In this document: positions 9,743 to 18,466 of the stretch, piece by piece
How positions within the stretch are numbered: position 1 is the stretch's first letter
Layout: each line of letters opens with the position of its first letter
Source: Planctomycetota bacterium
GTDB taxonomy: Bacteria > Planctomycetota > Planctomycetia > Pirellulales > UBA1268
NCBI GenBank assembly: GCA_027592945.1
Contig: JAQCJP010000001.1
Location: 1 to 51,780 of the forward strand
DNA length: 51,780 bases
Reading direction: 5' to 3'
Made by a program: the position numbers and the translations under genes
The notes under the pieces: generated by a model
Databases searched by the model: none
Seen by the model: only the letters and a program-made list of their open reading frames with translations
Told to the model about the DNA's origin: nothing

Positions 9743-10414
9743 TCAAGGCTCGACCGTCATCTCCTGCACCAGCCATCGCTCGAAACTGCCATCGCGTCGC
9801 CGTACCGCTCGCGGCTCGACGACGAGCCGCACCACGGCGGCCGAGCCCCCGCAGGCTGCTACGTCTGCCCGTACGAGCCAAGCAGACCCTCCCAGCTGGG
9901 CGGGCCGAGTCTCGATCACCACGGGAGCGGTCCGACCGCAGGCTGCAACGGCCCGGACCACGGGCAGGGCTGCGAAGGCCTGACGTTGCTCCTCCGGCGA
10001 GGGCTCTGGCGCCGGTGGCCGGCCCCGGCCCGGCAGGATCAGCGGATTGCAGAGTCCGGCTGCGTCTGTCAGTCGATCTTCGCGGACCGCATCGAGCCAC
10101 ACGGTGGCGGCGGCGGCCGCCCGTTGTCCGGCGATCACCCGGGCTGTGAAGGCTGCGGCAGCCGCCTGAGCCGCGAAACCGACGGCCAGGGCCAGGCCGG
10201 CCAGGGCCAGCGGCCGGCCGGTCGTGCGGCCCGCGCCGCGGCGGAGATCCCTCAAGGCAGCGACCGCCATCGCCACCGCCACCAGCGGCACCACCATCGC
10301 CAGCGGAGTGAACAAAACCGCTGCCGAGCCAACACCGGCGATCAGCGATGCCACCGCCCAGCCGCTGACTGGCCGATAGCCGGCCATCTCATCGCTCAAA
10401 GTACCGTGGGCCAT
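9743..10414 (-). CDS. Hypothetical membrane protein (two N-terminal TM helices plus a soluble domain)
   Basis: This is a track ORF with good coding bias and hydrophobic segments WAVASLIAGVGSAAVLFTPLAMVVPLVAVAMAVAAL and LALAGLALAVGFAAQAAAAAF. It is the last gene of the pilT string. No motif was recognised. Confidence 0.5.
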   Translation of the reverse strand: MAHGTLSDEMAGYRPVSGWAVASLIAGVGSAAVLFTPLAMVVPLVAVAMAVAALRDLRRGAGRTTGRPLALAGLALAVGFAAQAAAAAFTARVIAGQRAAAAATVWLDAVREDRLTDAAGLCNPLILPGRGRPPAPEPSPEEQRQAFAALPVVRAVAACGRTAPVVIETRPAQLGGSAWLVRADVAACGGSAAVVRLVVEPRAVRRRDGSFERWLVQEMTVEP

Positions 10415-10441
10415 GGGGGCGAACTGGTCAGCAAATGGCGA

Positions 10442-11032
10442 TTACTGCGGCTGCACGCGCAGAGCCGGTTCCTGCTCGAGGCTGCTGCGGCGGCTGGCGT
10501 AGCGGAGGATGAAGTCTGCCTCGGGGTCAAACGCCTTGGCCGGCGTGGCGAAGGGGCCGTCACGCGACGAGCCCCGCACCCAGGCAAGCCAGCGGCGGTC
10601 GGGAGCGAGCCCGAAGAACATCCGGCTCTCAGGTGTCGGCTGGATGAAGTCTCTCGGCAGCGGCGCCGTATGGAGCGAGGCCGCCGTGAAGCAGACCATC
10701 ACCCAGGCGGTGATCACGGCGACCAACGGACCAGCAGCGAGTTCCACCGGCTTGCGGAAGCGGACCCGTGTCCGAGACGCCCGATCGGTGACTTCGCGAA
10801 ACCCCAGCAGGAGCAGGCAGAAGAGGCCCTGGAGGACCACGAAATCAAGAAGGTAGGTATAGGACTTCGCCCGCGGCTCAATCAGGGCCACCACGAACGG
10901 ATACCAGGCTGTGGCCAGACTGGCGGCCAGCAGCAGATTGAGCAGCATGATCAGGCCGCTCCAGGGGCCCTCCCGCCAGATGGCAAAGGCCACGGCAATG
11001 AAGATTCCAAGCAGGATCAGCGAGATGATCAT
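10442..11032 (-). CDS. CvpA-family membrane protein
   Basis: Four predicted TM helices are present. The N-terminus MIISLILLGIFIAVAFAIWREGPWSGLIMLLNLLLAASLATAWYPFVVALIE follows the CvpA pattern. The start overlaps the upstream stop as ATGA. Confidence 0.6.
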   Translation of the reverse strand: MIISLILLGIFIAVAFAIWREGPWSGLIMLLNLLLAASLATAWYPFVVALIEPRAKSYTYLLDFVVLQGLFCLLLLGFREVTDRASRTRVRFRKPVELAAGPLVAVITAWVMVCFTAASLHTAPLPRDFIQPTPESRMFFGLAPDRRWLAWVRGSSRDGPFATPAKAFDPEADFILRYASRRSSLEQEPALRVQPQ

Positions 11033-12939
11033 GTCGCTCTCCTCCCGGCCGGCGGTGGCCCCGGGCGGGGGCCGCGGGGGGCCGCAACCGGCGGGGCTGC
11101 GGCCGCGTCAGCAGCCGGCCTCGGGCTCGTCGGTCCTGTCGGTGACGGGGCCTTCGCGGCCAGGGCCCGCTGGATCTCGTCGAGGGACGTGGCCCCTTCG
11201 ACCACGAGCGTCAGCGCCGCATCCCGCAGCGGCTGCATGCCATCGGCCAGGGCCGCCTTGCGGGTTTGGTCCGGCGAGCCGCCGCCGCCGATCGTCCGCC
11301 GCAGAGTGCCGCCGGAGGCCAGTTCAAAAACTGCCGTTCGGCCCAGATACTTCGAGCCGCAACAGATCCGGCACCCGTGTTCCGAGGGCCGATGGATCGC
11401 TGGCAGATCCTCAGCCGTGCGGCCTACCCGCTTGAGAAGCTGCTCAGGCGGCGGGATCTCCTCGCGGCACTTCGGGCAGACCCGCCGAACCATCCGCTGC
11501 GAAAGTGAGCCGAGCAGGACGGCCCCGAGCGACCGCGGGGAGACTCCCATAGCGAGCAGGCGGGCGACCGCATCGTTCGCGTCGCTCGCCTTGAGGCTGA
11601 CCAGCACGAGTTTGCCCTCGCCCGCCAGCCGGACCAGTTCCACCACCAGTTGTGGATCACGAACATCGCGGGCCACGATCGCCGAAGGATATTCCCGCAG
11701 GGCCTCGGCAAGGGCCGCCGTGGGCGGAACGCCGGTACGGGTATCAAACTTCACCGGCTTGACGTTCTGGATCTCCCGCGCGGGACGGGCGGCATCCTCG
11801 AGCGAGACGAAATCCCGCAGCAGCCGATCGGCTGCTTCGACCGCCATGTCGAAGGTCGTGGTCAGGCCCGAGCCCGCCGGCCCGGAAAAGAGGATCAGGC
11901 CCCGCTCGGCAGCCAAGAGTTCGACCAGCCGGGCGGCGATCGGCGCCGGCATACCGAGGTCGGCAAGCGTCTTGAAGGTAGCCGCCGGGGCCTCGATCTT
12001 GATGACGAGATGCTCGACCGGTTCCTTACCTGACGCGGACCGGATGGAAAGTTTGCAGTTGCGAGGCTTCCCGTCGACCAGGAGGGCAAACCGGCCGCTG
12101 CCGGCCGTGGCCTTCGCCGGCAGGCCACAGAGGGCCTTGAGGGCGGCCGCCATCGCCTCGCCAACACCGCGACTCGAGGGGACGGCATCGACCCACTTCT
12201 CCTTCTCCCGGCGGCTCTGCGGCGGCTGCCGGACCTTCGGCTTGCTCACCACGCCATCGACTTCCTGCCGGATCGTCGTTTCAGCGGCGATCTCGACAGC
12301 CAGCGTGGTCGCCCGCGCCACCACGGCCGCCAGCAACTGGCTGCGGGCCTCCTCGAAGCCAGGCAGGTCCCGGGCCGCAGTGAGGCGGGAGTCGTTTTCA
12401 GCGGTATCCGTGCCGCCGGCGGCTACCAACTCCACCGTGGGCAGAAGGTCGGCCTCGTTGAGCGGTTCGCTGATCTCGATGCCAATGGGTGCAAGGAGCC
12501 GGGCAAGGACGCGGCGGGCGTGGCCGGGAGTGAGGATCTGTTCGTTTGGTGAGACCTGCCGGTTTCGTGCCACCGCGTAGATCACCACGGGCACCAGCCA
12601 GGCCAGCAGCGTCAGAGCGATTCCGGCCAAGCCGGAGGGAATCCACCAGGCCAGCAGCGCTGCCAGTGGCAGCGGCAGGCCGCAGACGGTGCTCCAAAAC
12701 GCCGGCCGGATGCCGCGCTTGGTCGCGTCCCGAGCCACCCAGTCGACGGTTCGGACCCAGGCCACCACCAGCAGCCACCAGCCGAGAGCCGGCAGCACCG
12801 CCAGGCCGCCACCCGGACCTCGCCAGTCGGCTCCTACCGATGGCATCGGGGTGGGCCAGCCCTCATCCGCCCGCGTGACCCCGGGACCGAGCAGACTGCC
12901 CGCCTGGACGATGATGCCGATCGGCAGCCAGCGGCTCAT
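11029..12939 (-). CDS. Membrane-anchored GspE/PilB-family protein with degenerate ATPase motifs (predicted pseudo-ATPase)
   Basis: The N-terminal ~125 aa are Trp-rich TM helices. A GspE N2-like segment follows (GSGRFALLVDGK..LSIRSASGKEPVEHLVIKI). Walker A reads GPAGSGLTTT, with Leu in place of the invariant Lys (codon CTG, within 11860-11883). Walker B/Asp box reads AIVARDVRD instead of ..VGEIRD. The His box reads GKLVLVSLKASDA instead of GHLVLSTLHTNDA. The tetracysteine module is retained (CPKC..GCRIC..YLGRTAVFE). Confidence 0.8.
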   Translation of the reverse strand: MSRWLPIGIIVQAGSLLGPGVTRADEGWPTPMPSVGADWRGPGGGLAVLPALGWWLLVVAWVRTVDWVARDATKRGIRPAFWSTVCGLPLPLAALLAWWIPSGLAGIALTLLAWLVPVVIYAVARNRQVSPNEQILTPGHARRVLARLLAPIGIEISEPLNEADLLPTVELVAAGGTDTAENDSRLTAARDLPGFEEARSQLLAAVVARATTLAVEIAAETTIRQEVDGVVSKPKVRQPPQSRREKEKWVDAVPSSRGVGEAMAAALKALCGLPAKATAGSGRFALLVDGKPRNCKLSIRSASGKEPVEHLVIKIEAPAATFKTLADLGMPAPIAARLVELLAAERGLILFSGPAGSGLTTTFDMAVEAADRLLRDFVSLEDAARPAREIQNVKPVKFDTRTGVPPTAALAEALREYPSAIVARDVRDPQLVVELVRLAGEGKLVLVSLKASDANDAVARLLAMGVSPRSLGAVLLGSLSQRMVRRVCPKCREEIPPPEQLLKRVGRTAEDLPAIHRPSEHGCRICCGSKYLGRTAVFELASGGTLRRTIGGGGSPDQTRKAALADGMQPLRDAALTLVVEGATSLDEIQRALAAKAPSPTGPTSPRPAADAAAAPPVAAPRGPRPGPPPAGRRAT

Positions 12940-14099
12940 CAGGACACTCCGATGCCCTTGAGGGCCATCGTCAGCGCCTCGCGGTTGGGGGCGATCTCGA
13001 GGGCATCCTTGCGATCGATGAGATCCTGATCGATGAGGCTCTTGAGGCTCATCGTGAAGTCTTGCATCCCGTCGCGGTGCGATTTGCGGATGTGCTCCGG
13101 AAGTTCGTCATCTTCTCCCTCGAGGACGAGTTTTCGGACCATCACATCAAAGAACATGATTTCCACCGCCGGAACCCGGCTGACACCCAGCTCCTTGGCC
13201 TTGGGTCCTTCGGCTTTGACGAGCTTCTGGGCCACGATCCCCTTCATATTGTTGGCAATCGCGCTCCGCAGGGCGCCATGCATCTCCTCGGGAAAGAGAT
13301 CGAGAATCCGCCCGATCGTGGTAGCGGCACTGGAGGCGTGGATCGTGCCGAACACGAGATGCCCCGTCTCAGCGGCATGGATCGCCGTCATGAAGGTCTC
13401 CTCGTCCCGCATCTCGCCGACGAGAATGATGTCAGGGTCTTCGCGAACCGCATGCTTCATCCCGATGGCGAAGTCTTTGACGTCCTGGCCGACCTCGCGC
13501 TGGTTGATCAGGCACTTGTCTTCGGTGAAGACAAACTCGATCGGATCCTCGAGCGTGAGAATGTGCTTGCGATGATGCTGATTGATGTGCTGCAGCATCG
13601 AGGCGATCGTGGTGCTCTTGCCTGAGCCGGTGACACCGGCCAGGAGGATCATGCCCTGGTCGTATTCGCAGAGCCTGGCAATCGCCGGCGGCAGATGGAG
13701 ACCCTCGAAGTTCGGAATCGAGTTGTTGACCCGGCGGGCCACCAGCCCCAGCGACCCCTGCTGCGTCAGCAGATTGACGCGAAACCGCCAGCGGACTCCG
13801 TCGATCGTGGCCATGTGGGCGAAGTCGCAGCCCCCGTCGACCTCGAGAATCCGCTGGTTTCGTTCGTTGAGCATCGGCAGGCAGAGCCGCCGCATCTGCT
13901 CGTCGTCGATCGGCGGCGTCTTGAGCGGCTGCAGCGACCCCTTGACCCGGATGATCGGTGGCTGGCCAACCTTGAGATGGAGATCACTCCCCTGGAACTT
14001 GACCAGCGCCTGAAAGAAGCGATCGATCTCGAGCCGACCGGAGTCCGACGGGACGGAGGCAGCGGACGTCGGTGGAGCCGCGATATCGGCAGTGGACAT
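12939..14099 (-). CDS. pilT: Type IV pilus retraction ATPase PilT
   Basis: This is track ORF 12939..14195 trimmed to M33 (ATG at 14099), which avoids overlapping hisF. Walker A is intact (GVTGSGKSTT), as are ILVGEMRDEET and the His box GHLVFGTIHASSA. The N-terminus is PilT-like (LHLKVGQPPIIRVKG). Confidence 0.9.
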   Translation of the reverse strand: MSTADIAAPPTSAASVPSDSGRLEIDRFFQALVKFQGSDLHLKVGQPPIIRVKGSLQPLKTPPIDDEQMRRLCLPMLNERNQRILEVDGGCDFAHMATIDGVRWRFRVNLLTQQGSLGLVARRVNNSIPNFEGLHLPPAIARLCEYDQGMILLAGVTGSGKSTTIASMLQHINQHHRKHILTLEDPIEFVFTEDKCLINQREVGQDVKDFAIGMKHAVREDPDIILVGEMRDEETFMTAIHAAETGHLVFGTIHASSAATTIGRILDLFPEEMHGALRSAIANNMKGIVAQKLVKAEGPKAKELGVSRVPAVEIMFFDVMVRKLVLEGEDDELPEHIRKSHRDGMQDFTMSLKSLIDQDLIDRKDALEIAPNREALTMALKGIGVS

Positions 14100-14125
14100 G
14101 GGCGGGACGGGTTGGCGGGGATCGG

Positions 14126-14902
14126 TCAGTCTGAAGGCGGTCGAACCGGGATGCCATGCTCCTGGAAGACCTGCTTGACATCCCGGATCGTACACTCTCC
14201 AAAGTGGAAGATGCCAGCGGCAAGCGCTGCGTCAGCGCCTCCCTCCGAGACGGCGGCGGCCAAATGCTCGGGCCTGCCGGCCCCGCCGCTGGCGACCACC
14301 GGAATGCCGACGGCCCGGCTAACGGCGGCGGTGATCTCGAGGTCGTAGCCGTCGCGGGTGCCGTCGCGGTCCATGCAGGTCAGCACGATCTCACCGGCCC
14401 CCAGCGACTCGACCTTCTGGGCCCAGGCGACCGCCTCGAGGCCCGTGCCGACCCGCCCGCCGTTGACGAACACCTCCCAGACTTCACGGCCGTCCCGGAT
14501 CACCCGTTTGGGATCGATGTTGACCACGGTCGCGCAGCTGCCAAGCCGGTCGGCCACCGCCGTGACCAGCTGGGGCGTTCGCACCGCCGCCGAGTTGATG
14601 CTCACCTTCTCGGCCCCTGCCTGCACCAGTTGGCAGGCGTCTCCGAGCGTGCGAATCCCGCCGCCGACCGTGAAGGGCATGAAGATCGCCTCCGAGACCC
14701 GGCGGACCATGTCGAGCACGATCTCGCGACCCTCATGGCTGGCCGTGATGTCGAGAAAGACGAGCTCGTCTGCCCCTTCGGCCTCATAGCGGGCCGCGAC
14801 CGCGACCGGATCACCCGCATCGACAAGCTCGAGGAACTTGGTGCCTTTGACGACCCTGCCGCGGTCGACGTCGAGACAAGGAATGATGCGCTTGGCAAGC
14901 AT
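14126..14902 (-). CDS. hisF: Imidazole glycerol phosphate synthase cyclase subunit
   Basis: This is track ORF 14126..15142 trimmed to [20 protein letters not shown] (ATG at 14902). Motifs [25 protein letters not shown] and ASGGAG are present. Confidence 0.95.
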   Translation of the reverse strand: MLAKRIIPCLDVDRGRVVKGTKFLELVDAGDPVAVAARYEAEGADELVFLDITASHEGREIVLDMVRRVSEAIFMPFTVGGGIRTLGDACQLVQAGAEKVSINSAAVRTPQLVTAVADRLGSCATVVNIDPKRVIRDGREVWEVFVNGGRVGTGLEAVAWAQKVESLGAGEIVLTCMDRDGTRDGYDLEITAAVSRAVGIPVVASGGAGRPEHLAAAVSEGGADAALAAGIFHFGECTIRDVKQVFQEHGIPVRPPSD

Positions 14903-14903
14903 G

Positions 14904-15776
14904 TCAGGTTCCTGACTCGACGATGCGTCCGTCGTCAGGACTCGAGGCGGTGGCGTAGAGCCGCCGAGGGATGCGGCCGGCGAGAAAGGCGTGGCGGCCG
15001 GCCCGACAGGCGTCTCGCATGGCGGAGGCCATCCGGAGCGGATCGGCCGCCTGGGCGATCGCCGTGTTGAGCAGCACGCCATCGACGCCGAGTTCCATCG
15101 CCGCCGCGACGTCGCTGGCGGTGCCGACGCCGGCATCGACAATCACCGGATAGGCAGGATCGTCATCCTTGAGGTATTCGAGGCAGATCAGCAGGTTGTT
15201 GGGGTTGAGGATTCCCTGACCCGAACCGATCGGGCTGCCGGCCGGCATCACGGCGGCGGCACCGAGTTGCTTGAGCCGCCGGGCCACCACCGGATCGTCG
15301 CTGGTGTAAACCAAGACGGTGAATCCGTCGGCCACCAGCTGCTCGGTCGCCGCAAGGGTGCCGACCGGATCGGGCAGGAGCGTCTGCCGGTCGCCGAGCA
15401 CCTCGAGCTTCACCCAGTCGGCAGAGTCGCTCCCCATGTCACGAAGCAACTCCCGGCCCAGGCGGGCCACCCGCACCGCCTCGTCGGCCGTGAAGCAGCC
15501 GGCGGTGTTGGGAAGAAGGCGGTACCGGGCGGGATCGAGATGGTCGAGAATGTTCTCTCCGGCAGCGTTGAGCAGCCGATCCCGCCGAACGGCCACGGTC
15601 ACACAATCAGTGCCGGAGAGCTCGAGGCAGCGGGCCATCTCGGCGTAGGTGACGTACTTGCCGGTCCCGACGACGAGACGACTCTCCAGCCGAACGCCTC
15701 CGACCACCAGCGGCCGGTCGGCCGCCAGCCCCTGTTCGGCATGATCCGTCGCCGTGTCGCGCACCTCAGCCACCAC
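14904..15776 (-). CDS. thiG: Thiazole synthase
   Basis: Motifs are [61 protein letters not shown] and [15 protein letters not shown]. Confidence 0.9.
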   Translation of the reverse strand: MVAEVRDTATDHAEQGLAADRPLVVGGVRLESRLVVGTGKYVTYAEMARCLELSGTDCVTVAVRRDRLLNAAGENILDHLDPARYRLLPNTAGCFTADEAVRVARLGRELLRDMGSDSADWVKLEVLGDRQTLLPDPVGTLAATEQLVADGFTVLVYTSDDPVVARRLKQLGAAAVMPAGSPIGSGQGILNPNNLLICLEYLKDDDPAYPVIVDAGVGTASDVAAAMELGVDGVLLNTAIAQAADPLRMASAMRDACRAGRHAFLAGRIPRRLYATASSPDDGRIVESGT

Positions 15777-15963
15777 CCACGAAGGTCACAATTTCGATCC
15801 GCTCACCGCCGCAGAGTCTGATCTCGGCCAGCCGACTGCGAGGCACCACCTCGCCATCAACCTCGACGGCCAACGGACGACCTGCGAGCCCCACCTCCTC
15901 GAGGAGGACCGCCAGCGATCCTTCCCGGGGCAGCGGCTGCGGCTGACCATTGACCGTGATCAC
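15766..15963 (-). CDS. thiS: Sulfur-carrier protein ThiS
   Basis: This is the C-terminal 65 codons of track ORF 15766..16374, starting at an in-frame GTG (15963). It reads (V)[60 protein letters not shown], with the terminal GG. It overlaps the thiG start by 11 nt. The start codon choice is uncertain. Confidence 0.65.
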   Translation of the reverse strand: MITVNGQPQPLPREGSLAVLLEEVGLAGRPLAVEVDGEVVPRSRLAEIRLCGGERIEIVTFVGGG

Positions 15964-15986
15964 CGGCGTTTCGCCGGCTCCACCGC

Positions 15987-16538
15987 TCACGGCACCCGCG
16001 GCCCGCCGCCCCGCGGCCGCGCGATATCGAGCGGAATCAGTTCGGCGATGGCGGGCTTGCCGGCTGTCGACTGCTGAGGGGACCAGGGTATGCCATAGGC
16101 CACGGTGACGCCTGTCGAGCCGTCCGTCACGTAGAGCACCGACTGGGCCATGCGGTTGCCCGAGTTGCCCCCAAAGGACGCCCGGCCGGGCACGATCAGG
16201 AACCGCGGGTTCTGCACCTGTCCCGGCTTGAAACCCAGATCCTTCAGCACGTTGTAGCGGTAGGTCGTCATGAACTTCGCCGTGTTTGGGTTGAGCACGC
16301 CGCCGGTGAGATCTCCCGTCTCGAAGTCGAGCATGAAAAAGCCTTCCATGTTCATGTCGATCGGGGCTGTGCAAACGGCAAACGTCTCGTCAGAGAGCGT
16401 CGACATCGCCTGGGCCCGGGGCCAGGAGGGAACCGGCAGTCGACCCGGCGCCATGCTGCCGGCCAGGAACGCCACGGCGGCAATCAGCACCATGCCGGCC
16501 GGGACAAGCATCTTCGTGAGCGACACCTTCGAGGACAT
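15987..16538 (-). CDS. Hypothetical membrane-anchored/exported protein
   Basis: This is a track ORF with an N-terminal hydrophobic anchor (MLVPAGMVLIAAVAFLAG) and good G/C3 bias. No motif was recognised. Confidence 0.5.
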   Translation of the reverse strand: MSSKVSLTKMLVPAGMVLIAAVAFLAGSMAPGRLPVPSWPRAQAMSTLSDETFAVCTAPIDMNMEGFFMLDFETGDLTGGVLNPNTAKFMTTYRYNVLKDLGFKPGQVQNPRFLIVPGRASFGGNSGNRMAQSVLYVTDGSTGVTVAYGIPWSPQQSTAGKPAIAELIPLDIARPRGGGPRVP

Positions 16539-16642
16539 GAAACAGGGCTCCCGTGTTGAAGTTCTTCGCGATGGACAGGGCCGCGGCGAACCCGCAGCTC
16601 TCCCGCCACGCCCCGCAGCCTACCGCCCCTGAAGCGGCGGGG

Positions 16643-18253
16643 CTACTCGCTTGCCTCCGGCTGCGATGCCGGCTGTTCGGCTGCCTGGATCACGGAAATC
16701 CGAAACTTCCCGATCGCGTGGCTGCCGTCGGAATACTGCTGATCGAGGGTGATCGCCAGCGGACCGCCCGGCGGCAGGATCAGATCGTCAGGCAGCCGGA
16801 AAGTGGCCGTCTGGGCCTTGCCGCTGCCTTGGCTGATGCCCCAACCGGTCTCGGGATTCGCGTCGATCGCGCCGGCGACAACGTAGTTGGGCTGTTCGAA
16901 GGTCGCCGTGGCAGAGGCAACCGGCACGGCTGTCGGAGTCTCCGGCGTGCCAGGCTGACCATGGGCCACGCCGAATGTGCTGAGCACAAAGTTGCCGTTA
17001 CCGGCCCGGCCCGGCCCTTGGGAGGGAAGGCTCGGATCAGGCAAGACCTCGAGTTGGAACGCTTCCACGCGAGGCCCGGAGGGGATGGTTGCCGTGAGCG
17101 TGTAGGTGTCTTTGGCGAGAGGCCCGGTCACCATCACGGTGCCGTCCTTGTCAATCGTCGCCGTCGCGCCGGCCGTGCTCGTGAACGCGGCGGGGACAAC
17201 CACGGCGATGGTCGGCTTCGGCGGTGGCGGCGGTGGTGGTGGCAGCAGTTTGGCTGCTGGCAGGGGCACGATCTGCGGCCCGGCGTGCGTTCCCACAAAG
17301 AGCGACTCCGCATCGGGCGTGAAGGCGACACACCAGACGCTGGAGGCCAAGGCCTCCGGCCCCTCCTGGCCTCGTTGCACGGCCACGTCCCAGAGCCTGA
17401 TCGCACCATCGAGGCTGCCGCTGGCTAGGCGGGTACCGTCGGACGAGAAGGCCAGGCTCGTCACCCAGTCTTTGTGGCCGGCAAGCGTCGCAGCCTCTTT
17501 CGCGTCGGCAGTTGTCCAGAGCCGCACGGTTCGATCCGCACCACAGCTGGCGAGCGTCTGCCCGTTCGGCGCATACGCCACCGCCCAGATGGCGTCGCCA
17601 TGCCCCTCGAGCCGGGCCTGCTCGGACCCGCTTGCCGGATCCCAGAGCTTGATCACCTTGTCACTGCCGCCGCTGGCGAGCGTCTTGCCATCTGGGGAAA
17701 AGGCGACGCACGTGGCCGCTCCATCGTGGGCGGTGATGGTCGTGACCTCGGCCCCGCTCGCCGGATCCCAGAGCACGACGCTGCCGTCTTCGCCGGCCGT
17801 GGCGAGCCGGCTGCCATCGGGTGAAAAGGCGAGCGACCGTACCCAACCCTTGTGTTTGACCAGGTCATGCCTGACGGTGCGGTCGGCGAGATTCCAGACC
17901 TTCACCAGGCCGTCGTAGCCGGCGGTCGCGGCCAGATTCCCGTCTGGCGAAATCCCGACGGCCCAGACCGCCGTCGGATGGCCCTCGAGGGCGGCGAGCT
18001 TGGAACCATCGGCAGCGTTCCAGGCCACCACGTCGCCACTGCGATAGAGCAGGCTCTCACCTCCCGCTGTCAGGAGGAGTTTGCCATCCGGCGCGTAGTC
18101 GGCGGCAATCACCCAGCGGGTGAAATTGGTCAGCCTGTCCGCGGCAGCAGGCTCCACCGGAGTGGATGCGGGGTCGTCACCACGGCTGCCGACGGTCAGG
18201 GAGGCGATCGCCACGGCGGCGATGAGATGCCGCAGGCTGATGATGATCTGCAT
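16643..18253 (-). CDS. Exported WD40-repeat (beta-propeller) protein with poly-Pro linker and C-terminal beta-sandwich-like domain
   Basis: After a signal peptide there are about seven repeats of the form GH...V..VAFSPDG..LAS.G.D..V.LWD. A PPPPPPPPKP linker follows. The C-terminal domain reads ATFEQPNYVVAGAIDANPETGWGISQG. Confidence 0.85.
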   Translation of the reverse strand: MQIIISLRHLIAAVAIASLTVGSRGDDPASTPVEPAAADRLTNFTRWVIAADYAPDGKLLLTAGGESLLYRSGDVVAWNAADGSKLAALEGHPTAVWAVGISPDGNLAATAGYDGLVKVWNLADRTVRHDLVKHKGWVRSLAFSPDGSRLATAGEDGSVVLWDPASGAEVTTITAHDGAATCVAFSPDGKTLASGGSDKVIKLWDPASGSEQARLEGHGDAIWAVAYAPNGQTLASCGADRTVRLWTTADAKEAATLAGHKDWVTSLAFSSDGTRLASGSLDGAIRLWDVAVQRGQEGPEALASSVWCVAFTPDAESLFVGTHAGPQIVPLPAAKLLPPPPPPPPKPTIAVVVPAAFTSTAGATATIDKDGTVMVTGPLAKDTYTLTATIPSGPRVEAFQLEVLPDPSLPSQGPGRAGNGNFVLSTFGVAHGQPGTPETPTAVPVASATATFEQPNYVVAGAIDANPETGWGISQGSGKAQTATFRLPDDLILPPGGPLAITLDQQYSDGSHAIGKFRISVIQAAEQPASQPEASE

Positions 18254-18466
18254 CGGAAGAGGCTCCAGGGAGGGGGCTGAGGCTTCGAAACTGGCAACAC
18301 GCTGACCATCTGGGGCAACGAAAGAAGCGGCTCTCCTTTCCGCTCCCTCGAAGACCCGAGATTATAGTGATTTGGGTTAGCCGCTACCGGCACGGTTCGC
18401 GGTGTCCAAATACGCTTGCTGAGTGTCGTCTGGGGCGGCACCAATACCCTCGAGAGGTTCTTGCCG

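Noticed and set aside
9986-12580. An 864-aa plus-strand ORF.
   Set aside because: It is antisense to the CvpA-like and GspE-like genes. Its composition is R/S/A/P-rich and it has no motifs.
15964-15986. TPP riboswitch upstream of thiS-thiG.
   Set aside because: Only 23 nt separate thiS from the preceding gene, so there is no room for a THI-box aptamer. The genes appear to be read through from upstream.
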